Shown here: in pieces, positions 27,307-34,696 of the stretch
How the letters are laid out: the number at the start of each line of letters is the position of its first letter
How positions within the stretch are numbered: position 1 is the first letter of the stretch
NCBI GenBank assembly: GCA_964538135.1
Contig: CAZIEE010000001.1
Coordinates: forward strand, 1-43,293
Origin: an uncultured Methanosarcinales archaeon
GTDB taxonomy: Archaea; Nanobdellota; Nanobdellia; Woesearchaeales; GW2011-AR4
Reading direction: 5' to 3'
Length of the DNA: 43,293 bases
Notes under the pieces: model-generated
What the model was told of the DNA's origin: nothing
The model's database searches: none
What the model saw: only the letters and a program-made list of their open reading frames with translations
Made by a program: the position numbers and the translations under genes

Positions 27307-28453
27307 CTTTAACCTCAACAATTCTGCTTTTAATTTTTCCTTTGTAAAATATAACATCCAGTGACTCATCTATTTTGAGATGGCTTGAATCTTTTATTAT
27401 TTTTTCTTCTTTCATAACAATACTATACCCTCTGCTTAAAACAGCTTTAGGATCCAGATTGTGTAACTTGGCTTTTAGAATTTCCAACTCTGCCTTTTTT
27501 TGTTTTATTTTATTTGATATAGCTTTGCTGAATCTCAACATTAATTCGTCAATCCTCTGTAAATAAGGCTCAATAATTCTTTTTGTTTTAATCAATAGTT
27601 TTTCATTCAGATGAGACAGATATATTAACAACTCATTTTTGTCAGGAACAGCAATCTCAGTAGCAGTTGATGGAGTTGATGCACGGATATCTGCAACAAA
27701 ATCTGCTATTGTAAAATCTGTTTCATGACCTATTGCAGATATTATAGGTATTCTTGAATTAAAGATTGCTCTTGCAACTACCTCCTCATTAAAGCACCAT
27801 AAATCCTCTAAAGAGCCTCCCCCTCTTGCCAGTATTATAATATCTATATCTTGTTTATTAAGTAATTGAATGGATTTAACTATTGATTCTGGAGCCATGG
27901 TACCCTGTACCAGACTTGGTGAGAACTTGATATTTATACTTGGAAATCTTCTTGTTAGATTAGTTATCAAATCCCTTATAACTGCACCAGTAGGAGAAGT
28001 AATAATTCCTATGGTTTTTGGGAATTTTGGGAGATTTCTTTTATGTTCTTGAGAGAATAATCCTTCTTTTTCAAGTTTTTCTTTTAATTGTAAAAATCTT
28101 TGATGAAGCGCTCCCAGTCCATCTGGTTGCATTTCTGATACAATTAATTGGTATTTGCCATATGGCTTATACACCCCTATTGAAGAAAGCAATAAAACTT
28201 TCATCCCCTGTTCAGGTTCAAAATTAAGAGATGAAGAATCATTAAACATTACACAACTTATCTGGCTTAATTCATCCTTTAATGTGAAGTATAAACGACC
28301 ATTAGAGTGCCTGGTCAAGTTAGATATTTCTCCTTTCACCCATATTTTCTTTAACTTCAAATCAGTCTCAAGCTTGTATTGTATATAATCATTTATTTTA
28401 CTTACAGTAAAGATTTCAGAATCTGTGTTTAGGTGTAATTGTTTGGATTTCAT
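27293..28453 (-). CDS. xseA: Exodeoxyribonuclease VII large subunit
   Basis: N-terminal OB-fold region (IWVKGEISNLTRHSNGRLYFTLKD) and AIGHETDFTIADFVADIRASTPS motif. ATG 28453 forms an ATGA overlap with the proB stop. Confidence 0.85.
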   Translation of the reverse strand: MKSKQLHLNTDSEIFTVSKINDYIQYKLETDLKLKKIWVKGEISNLTRHSNGRLYFTLKDELSQISCVMFNDSSSLNFEPEQGMKVLLLSSIGVYKPYGKYQLIVSEMQPDGLGALHQRFLQLKEKLEKEGLFSQEHKRNLPKFPKTIGIITSPTGAVIRDLITNLTRRFPSINIKFSPSLVQGTMAPESIVKSIQLLNKQDIDIIILARGGGSLEDLWCFNEEVVARAIFNSRIPIISAIGHETDFTIADFVADIRASTPSTATEIAVPDKNELLIYLSHLNEKLLIKTKRIIEPYLQRIDELMLRFSKAISNKIKQKKAELEILKAKLHNLDPKAVLSRGYSIVMKEEKIIKDSSHLKIDESLDVIFYKGKIKSRIVEVKDGKE

Positions 28454-29262
28454 CTTTCCATACACTTTGGGTAAAATATAGTACCAATATCCTCATTGTT
28501 GAGAACTTTAATCAAAACATTGCTTGCTCTGCCATTTGCAATTACAACTGTTATGCCTGAATTCGTTGCCAGCTTTGCTGCATCAATCTTTGTTTTTATT
28601 CCACCAATGCCGAGATGGTTTTTATCACGTAAATCAGCCAGGTCATCTATCTTAATTTTTTTATTATCATAAACTTCTTTTATCAAAAAAGGATTCTTAT
28701 TGTTTTGGTTTTTATTGAATAGCCCATCAACATTTGTTAGCATAACAAGTAAATCTGCATGCATTTTATTTGCAATCAAAGCTGAAAGTAAATCATTGTC
28801 TCCAAAAGAAGCTCCAATTTCATCAATGGAAATAGGGTCATTCTCATTTATTATTGGGATTACACCTAATTTTAGCAATCTGTTTATGCTATTACTTAGG
28901 TTAGTATATGTTTTAATGTTTGAGAAATCATCATAAGTTAAAAGTATTTGTGCAATTTTTATTTTAAATCTTCTAAATAATGAATGGTACGCAGCCATTA
29001 ATATACTTTGACCAACTGCAGCACATGACTGCTTTGTTATTACATCATTTTGTTTTATTCTTTTTTTAAGGTTCAATTCCTTTTTGCCAGCTCCTATTGC
29101 ACCACTTGTTATTATTATAATTTCCTTTTTTTTATTTTTTATATTTGCAATTTGAGCAACTAAATCAGACATAGCCTTTATGTCCAGTGTTCCAGTGCTG
29201 TCTGTTAATGTACTGGTACCTATTTTAACAACAATTCTATTTGCTTTTATATTTCTTGACAT
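28450..29262 (-). CDS. proB: Glutamate 5-kinase (no PUA domain)
   Basis: IVVKIGTSTLT N-terminus and amino-acid-kinase fold length. Confidence 0.85.
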   Translation of the reverse strand: MSRNIKANRIVVKIGTSTLTDSTGTLDIKAMSDLVAQIANIKNKKKEIIIITSGAIGAGKKELNLKKRIKQNDVITKQSCAAVGQSILMAAYHSLFRRFKIKIAQILLTYDDFSNIKTYTNLSNSINRLLKLGVIPIINENDPISIDEIGASFGDNDLLSALIANKMHADLLVMLTNVDGLFNKNQNNKNPFLIKEVYDNKKIKIDDLADLRDKNHLGIGGIKTKIDAAKLATNSGITVVIANGRASNVLIKVLNNEDIGTIFYPKCMER

Positions 29263-29271
29263 CTGATTATT

Positions 29272-30603
29272 TTATTTACTTATGAATTCATCTCGATTGA
29301 ATTTTGACCTTTTGACCTTATGGTGATGTGTAAATTTTTTTGCAGATTTTCCAATATAATCTTTTACCACCTGACCAGTTCCAACTAATTTATATTTATA
29401 GATTACAAGGCCTTCCAAACCAACAGGGCCTCTGCTATGGATTTTTGCAGTGCTTATACCAATTTCAGCGCCTTTTCCATATCTAAATCCATCTGCAAAT
29501 CTTGTTGATGCATTCCACATAACTGATGAAGAGTCTACTAACCTCATAAATGTAGTAGCGCTGTTTTTATTTTCTGTAATTATTGAATCTGTGTGTTTTG
29601 AGCTGTATTTATTGATGTGGTTTATTGCATCATTCAAGTTATCAACTACTTTTACAGAAAGTATAAGCTCATTATATTCAGTTGACCAATCTTTTTCAGA
29701 TGCTTTATTAATCCCCTTTATAATTTGCATTGTTTTATCCTCGCCTCTTATCTCAACCTTTGCTTCTTTAAATTTTTTTACAATCAAAGGAAGAAATTTT
29801 TTAGCAATGTCCTTATGCACCAGCATGGTTTCCATGGCATTGCATGCAGCAGGATACTGGCATTTTGCATCAAAGCAAATATCAATTGCTTTTTTTATGT
29901 CAGCAGATTTATCAACAAAAACATGGCATATTCCTTCTGAGTGGCCAAGCACAGGAATTTTTGTATGGGTTTGAACATATCCAACAAATTTATTACTCCC
30001 TCTTGGAATTATTAAGTTAACCCAATCATTTAATTTTAGCATCTGAGCTACATCCTCTCTTGTTTCTAATAATTGTACAGTTCCATCTGGTATTTTATTT
30101 TCCTTAGATGTTTCTGATATTAAATTAAATAAAAATTTGTTTGTGTTTTTTGCCTCTGAACCCCCTTTTAAGATTACTGCATTGCCAGATTTTATGCAAA
30201 GACTGCTAATTTGAGGAATTGCATCTGGTCTCGATTCGAATATTGCACCTATAACTCCAATAGGGCAAGTAACCTGATAAAGCATTAAGTCATCATCCAT
30301 CTCTACTTGGGATATGAGCTTACCAACAGGGTCTTCTAATTTGACAACCGTATTAATTCCAGTTACCATTTCATTTATTTTATCTTTGTCTATCTCTAAT
30401 CTTTTAATCAGAATCTGGCTTAGCTTTGATTTTTTTGCTTCTTCTAAATCTTTTTTGTTTGCAGCAATTATTGATTTTGAGTTATTTTTAATAGATTTAG
30501 CTATTTCAATCAATGCCTTATTTTTTACATTTACGGATAACACAGCCAGCTTTATTGATGCTTCTTTAGCTAATTGTGCAATTTTTAGTGTTTTGTTTTG
30601 CAT
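29272..30603 (-). CDS. proA: Gamma-glutamyl phosphate reductase with about 25-aa basic C-terminal tail
   Basis: ALDH-type core with AACNAMETMLVH. The tail ...KFTHHHKVKRSKFNRDEFISK is encoded by the element shared with ncRNA candidate 1. Confidence 0.85.
   Translation of the reverse strand: MQNKTLKIAQLAKEASIKLAVLSVNVKNKALIEIAKSIKNNSKSIIAANKKDLEEAKKSKLSQILIKRLEIDKDKINEMVTGINTVVKLEDPVGKLISQVEMDDDLMLYQVTCPIGVIGAIFESRPDAIPQISSLCIKSGNAVILKGGSEAKNTNKFLFNLISETSKENKIPDGTVQLLETREDVAQMLKLNDWVNLIIPRGSNKFVGYVQTHTKIPVLGHSEGICHVFVDKSADIKKAIDICFDAKCQYPAACNAMETMLVHKDIAKKFLPLIVKKFKEAKVEIRGEDKTMQIIKGINKASEKDWSTEYNELILSVKVVDNLNDAINHINKYSSKHTDSIITENKNSATTFMRLVDSSSVMWNASTRFADGFRYGKGAEIGISTAKIHSRGPVGLEGLVIYKYKLVGTGQVVKDYIGKSAKKFTHHHKVKRSKFNRDEFISK
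29282..29330. repeat. Copy of about 40-nt element shared with ncRNA candidate 1 (3466-3506)
   Basis: ATGAATTCA + 3 divergent nt + CGATTGAATTTTGACCT (17 nt exact) + TATG.TG. This copy carries an internal 8-nt tandem duplication (TTTGACCT). Confidence 0.75.
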
Positions 30604-31385
30604 AGTTCTTTGCTTCTTTTTACTGTAGCATTAATAGTTTTTTCAATTATAACCTTAATATCTGATTTATTTAAAATTTCTAACCCAGCCATTGTGGTGC
30701 CTTTTTTTGAGGTGATCATGTTTATTAATTCCTGTGAATTTAAATTAGTTTCTAGCATCAATTTTCCTGTGCCTAATGCAGTTTGAGATGCAAGCTTGAA
30801 AGCTGTATTTTTTGGCAATCCACTTTTAATTCCAGCTTCAGCAATTAAACCAATAAAGTAAGCAAAAAAAGCAGGACCTGAACCACTCACAGCAGTTACA
30901 GCATCCAACAAATCCTCCTTAATCAATATTGAGAGGCCTGCAACATTCAATATTTTAGATACTATTTTTATATCATCACTTGTTGCATATTTTCCAGCAG
31001 AAAATCCAGCTGCCATTTCTCCAACCAAGCAATTTATGTTTGGCATTACCCTAATTACTCTTTTATTTTTTAAAATAAATTCAATGTGTTTAATAGTTAC
31101 ACCAGCAGCTATAGAAACAACAAGTTGATTTTTTACAACATCTTTAACTTCATTCAAAACAGCATCAATGTCTTGAGGTTTAACACAAATAAAAACAATA
31201 TCAGAATCTTTTACAGCTTCTTTATTATCCTTTGTTGTTTTTATTGGAAATTGTTTTTTTATTTTTTTTAATGAATCTTCATTTTTATCGCTTGCAATTA
31301 TGGATTTTGCTAATTTATTCTTATAAATGCAGCTAATCAAAGCTGTTGACATTTTTCCTGTTCCGATAAAGCTAATCGATTTCAT
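30585..31385 (-). CDS. proC: Pyrroline-5-carboxylate reductase
   Basis: ISFIGTGKMSTALI Rossmann N-terminus and P5CR dimerisation-domain length. Confidence 0.85.
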   Translation of the reverse strand: MKSISFIGTGKMSTALISCIYKNKLAKSIIASDKNEDSLKKIKKQFPIKTTKDNKEAVKDSDIVFICVKPQDIDAVLNEVKDVVKNQLVVSIAAGVTIKHIEFILKNKRVIRVMPNINCLVGEMAAGFSAGKYATSDDIKIVSKILNVAGLSILIKEDLLDAVTAVSGSGPAFFAYFIGLIAEAGIKSGLPKNTAFKLASQTALGTGKLMLETNLNSQELINMITSKKGTTMAGLEILNKSDIKVIIEKTINATVKRSKELCKTKH

Positions 31386-31386
31386 T

Positions 31387-31671
31387 TTATAATTTAATCT
31401 CTTCTTTTAAATCTTCTATAGAATACCCTGATTTAAAACCACGATCTACAAGGTACTTTTCCATATCCCATATACTTATTTCTGCTTTAGCAGCAGCTTC
31501 CGAAATAGTTATTTTCCCTTCCATATATTTTTGAGCAACTTTTTTTGTAATTAAATCCTTGTATCTTATCACAACAAGTTTCTTAATTATAGTGCTTCTA
31601 TCAACAGACTCTTCTTTTTCTAGTTCCTTTACTTTTTTTAATGTATCATTGTTTAACTTTACTTTTATCAA
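31387..31671 (-). CDS. UPF0175-family antitoxin-like protein
   Basis: EGKITISEAAAKAEISIWDMEKYLVDRG helix-turn-helix pattern, paralogous to 32221-32538. Putative TTG start at 31671 with AGAGG 5 nt upstream. The track ORF continues in frame into a PIN remnant. Confidence 0.45.
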   Translation of the reverse strand: MIKVKLNNDTLKKVKELEKEESVDRSTIIKKLVVIRYKDLITKKVAQKYMEGKITISEAAAKAEISIWDMEKYLVDRGFKSGYSIEDLKEEIKL

Positions 31672-31794
31672 ATCTGCCTCTTTTTCCCAATATAAAGCTA
31701 TAGCTTCAGCCTCCCCTCTTTGTATATTGCATTCATTTGCTTTTTTAATAAGACTTTTTGATTTGTATTCGTTTTCATTTAAAGAATTTTGCAT
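31672..31794 (-). pseudogene. C-terminal remnant of a DUF3368-type PIN toxin, fused in frame to the antitoxin ORF
   Basis: ...RGEAEAIALYWEKEADLI aligns with GEAESIILFLQEKADFL of the intact PIN at 32531-33049. The catalytic N-terminal part is absent. The apparent ATG lies inside the 56-nt ATPase-gene fragment. Confidence 0.5.
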
Positions 31795-31827
31795 CTATAA
31801 AGAAATAAATATAACCGAAATAAAAAA
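31772..31827 (+). repeat. 56-nt fragment duplicated from the DUF4143 ATPase gene (33830-33885), 1 mismatch
   Basis: Direct comparison. Both copies encode FSFKEFCIYKEINITEIKK in the plus frame. Confidence 0.9.
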
Positions 31828-31848
31828 ATAAAGTTTAGTCTGATAATT

Positions 31849-32040
31849 TTATTTCAACCCATTAGCATGAACAGGAACAGGAACTGTAATCTTAATTGTT
31901 TTCTCTCCTGTATACCTTTCTAGTCTTACATGGGATCCTTTCTGTCTTGTAGCAATAAATCCTGCCCTCTTTAGTCGCTTAATAGCCTCAATATTAACTT
32001 TTCTAATGGTATATAAAGTATAAAATCTCAAAGTTTCCAT
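31849..32040 (-). CDS. hicA: HicA-like mRNA interferase toxin (orphan, short C-terminus)
   Basis: RQKGSHVRLER motif and IKRLKRAGF. No HicB partner is adjacent. Confidence 0.55.
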   Translation of the reverse strand: METLRFYTLYTIRKVNIEAIKRLKRAGFIATRQKGSHVRLERYTGEKTIKITVPVPVHANGLK

Positions 32041-32204
32041 GAGAAAAGCCACTATCTATAATAGTAAAGTATATCTTTATTTTTAGTTTTAAGGAATATT
32101 TGAGAACAACCAACTTCAAAGAAGAAATAAGTGGTTTAAAACTCCACCCTTTAGGGTGATATTTTTGGGTATACTACACCGAAAATGTCTTGAATTTCTA
32201 AGTG

Positions 32205-32238
32205 TCCTGAAAATTCGCTGTCAAAGGCGGATTTTCAT
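32205..32238. repeat. 34-nt hairpin element, copy 1 (TCCTGAAAATTCGCTGTCAAAGGCGGATTTTCAT)
   Basis: Imperfect 10-bp inverted repeat GAAAATTCGC/GCGGATTTTC overlapping the stop codon of the UPF0175 gene. It matches 42925-42958 at 31 of 34 positions. Confidence 0.8.
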
Positions 32239-32538
32239 GATATGTCTTACAGATTCGTTAAGATCTTCTAATGTTAGATTGCTTTCTATCCCCTTTTGTC
32301 TCATCAATTCAAAGAAATCCCCAATATACATATCTGCAAATTTTGCAGCTTGCTCAATTGAAAATTTGCCTTCTATATAAAGGTTCAAAGCCTTTTCTTT
32401 TTTGTCTTCTTGTATCCCTTTTTTTAGTATATCCCTAAAGGCTGTGGATTTATCCAAATTAAATATTCTGCTTACTTTCTTTATATATTCAAGACTATCA
32501 ATACTAAGTCTTGCTGTGACAGATACCAGCTTAGCCAT
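32221..32538 (-). CDS. UPF0175-family antitoxin-like protein
   Basis: EGKFSIEQAAKFADMYIGDFFELMRQKGI pattern. ATG 32538 is preceded by GGAGGT. 8-nt overlap with the PIN gene. Confidence 0.65.
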   Translation of the reverse strand: MAKLVSVTARLSIDSLEYIKKVSRIFNLDKSTAFRDILKKGIQEDKKEKALNLYIEGKFSIEQAAKFADMYIGDFFELMRQKGIESNLTLEDLNESVRHIMKIRL

Positions 32539-33049
32539 TTTTACCTCCAATATAATTCAATGTTTTGTTAATCAATTCATCTTTATACCTTCCATAAATA
32601 CCTAAATCCCTTATCATTTTATCTGCTTGATTTTTTGTGATAATGTGCATATCCAAGGCAGATATGACAAAAGTTAATGCTGTAATAAATGGAATTTTAT
32701 AAATTTTGCATACATTTATTGCTTTATGGTCATCGGTTGCTAAAAAATCTGCTTTTTCTTGCAAAAATAAAATGATAGATTCTGCTTCTCCTTCTGCCAA
32801 TCCAAATTCATTTACAATTTGGTTAAATTTTTTTTTCTCTTTTATATTTTTAACTTTAATCAAATTTTTATTGATTTTATTTTCTATTGAGTACGCATTT
32901 TCATATTTTGCATTTTTTCCTTTGATTACTGCTTCACTATAAACTTCCTGTGAGATTATAAAATTAAAATTTTTGAATAAATTATCTAGTAAAGCAATCT
33001 TCTCTAACAAAATCAGAGTTGATGCATCAGAGATGATTACTTTAGTCAT
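32531..33049 (-). CDS. PIN-domain protein (DUF3368-type toxin)
   Basis: VIISDASTLILLEKIALLDNL N-terminus and GEAESIIL...LATDDHKA core. Confidence 0.75.
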   Translation of the reverse strand: MTKVIISDASTLILLEKIALLDNLFKNFNFIISQEVYSEAVIKGKNAKYENAYSIENKINKNLIKVKNIKEKKKFNQIVNEFGLAEGEAESIILFLQEKADFLATDDHKAINVCKIYKIPFITALTFVISALDMHIITKNQADKMIRDLGIYGRYKDELINKTLNYIGGKNG

Positions 33050-33076
33050 TTATTACATCGTAATACAATGTTATAT

Positions 33077-33322
33077 TTAAAACTTTCTATGTTTTAGACG
33101 AACAAGAAATGATTTTAATCTTATACCTTTCAATACAACAATATTTTTAACTTCATCTAAAAAGAAGGTATCTGCTTTGCCGAAAAGTTCTATGCACATT
33201 TCATATAGTTTATTAAAGTCATTCAGCTCAAAATCTGCAAGCCCCTCATCTTCAAAATTAACATAGTAGAATTTATCGAAGAAATTTTCTATTATAGGTA
33301 AACATTTTAATAAAGTTTCCTG
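33077..33322 (-). pseudogene. Fragment of an AAA_14/DUF4143-family ATPase gene
   Basis: Open frame without a start codon: ...FYYVNFEDEGLADFELNDFNKLYEMCIELFGKADTFFLDEVKNIV... This parallels YGYINFDDESL...YELYGEIDYFVFDEIQNV of the intact gene. The Walker A region is missing. Confidence 0.55.
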
Positions 33323-33336
33323 TTATAATAGTAAAC

Positions 33337-33346
33337 TTTATATATA
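33337..33346 (+). promoter_or_regulatory. TATA box (TTTATATATA) for leaderless ATPase gene
   Basis: Centred about 27 nt upstream of ATG 33368. Confidence 0.45.
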
Positions 33347-33367
33347 TACTATCCTATCTGTTGATTT

Positions 33368-34645
33368 ATGAACACAGTTGAGATAAAAAGGATAGTACAA
33401 CAACAGGCAAAAGAAAGGGACTCCATACTAGCCAGCGAAATAATTGAGAGGGATATTCCAAATTTAATGAGCTTCCTAAAACACCCAAATATATTGGCTA
33501 TTTTAGGCATAAGAAGATGCGGAAAATCTGTTTTGTCATGGCTATTAATGAAAAAGGTGATATACGGCTACATTAATTTTGATGATGAATCCCTATATGG
33601 GACAAACGCGAGCGACCTTAATTCTATACTACAAGCATTTTATGAACTATATGGAGAAATAGATTACTTTGTTTTTGATGAGATACAGAATGTCACAGGA
33701 TGGGAGCTTTTCGCTAATAGATTGAGGCGTACAAAGAAAATTATCATCACAGGCAGCAATTCGCAGCTTTTATCAAGTGAATTGTCCACACATTTAACAG
33801 GAAGACACATTGATTTTCATCTGTTTCCATTTTCATTTAAAGAATTTTGCATCTATAAAGAAATAAATATAACAGAAATAAAAAAGTCTGAATTTACTAC
33901 AACTACATCTGCTTTAATGAGTAAATCTTTAGAGGAATATACTGAGTTAGGAGGCTTTCCTGAATCCTACAAAATAGGTACTCCAATTCTAAAGTCTATT
34001 GTAGGTGATATCATAACCAAGGATATCATAAAAAGGTATAGAGTTAAGAATGTCAAAGTGATAGAAAGTTTGGCTAAATACCTTATATCAAATTTTGGGA
34101 ATGAGATAAGCTTTAACAAACTGAAGAATATTTTTACAATTAAAAAGGTTGAAACTATAAAAAATTATGTTGGATATTTTGAAAATGCCTATTTAATTTT
34201 TGTTGTGGAAAGGTTTTCTCCAAAACTTAAACTACAGATAATAGCCCCAAAGAAAATATACTGCATAGATACTGGAATAATCAATGCCATATCTTTTGGC
34301 TTGAGCAAAAATATTGGAAAGATTTTTGAGAATATAGTCTACATCCAATTGTTAAGAACTAAAAATTATAGCACTGAACTATATTATTGGAAAGACCACC
34401 AGCAAAATGAGGTTGATTTTGTAGTTAAGCAAGGAACAAAAATTAAGGAGCTTATTCAGGTTTGTTATGATATTGATTCTGACAAAACAAAAGCAAGGGA
34501 AATTAGAGCGCTCCTTAAAGCAAGCGAAGAACTGGGCTGTAGAAATCTTTTTATTATTACACAAACTAAGGAAATGGAAGAAAAAATTGAAAATAAAAAA
34601 ATAAAGTTTATTCCTCTATGGAAATGGCTGATTGAAAGAGTTTAA
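33368..34645 (+). CDS. AAA_14 ATPase with DUF4143 C-terminal domain
   Basis: Walker A GIRRCGKS, Walker B FVFDEIQ and about 425 aa, typical of this archaeal/bacterial family. Confidence 0.8.
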   Translation: MNTVEIKRIVQQQAKERDSILASEIIERDIPNLMSFLKHPNILAILGIRRCGKSVLSWLLMKKVIYGYINFDDESLYGTNASDLNSILQAFYELYGEIDYFVFDEIQNVTGWELFANRLRRTKKIIITGSNSQLLSSELSTHLTGRHIDFHLFPFSFKEFCIYKEINITEIKKSEFTTTTSALMSKSLEEYTELGGFPESYKIGTPILKSIVGDIITKDIIKRYRVKNVKVIESLAKYLISNFGNEISFNKLKNIFTIKKVETIKNYVGYFENAYLIFVVERFSPKLKLQIIAPKKIYCIDTGIINAISFGLSKNIGKIFENIVYIQLLRTKNYSTELYYWKDHQQNEVDFVVKQGTKIKELIQVCYDIDSDKTKAREIRALLKASEELGCRNLFIITQTKEMEEKIENKKIKFIPLWKWLIERV

Positions 34646-34696
34646 AGTTATATAAAAAAGGGGATGGTAAAAATTTTTATAGATGCATCTGGGATA

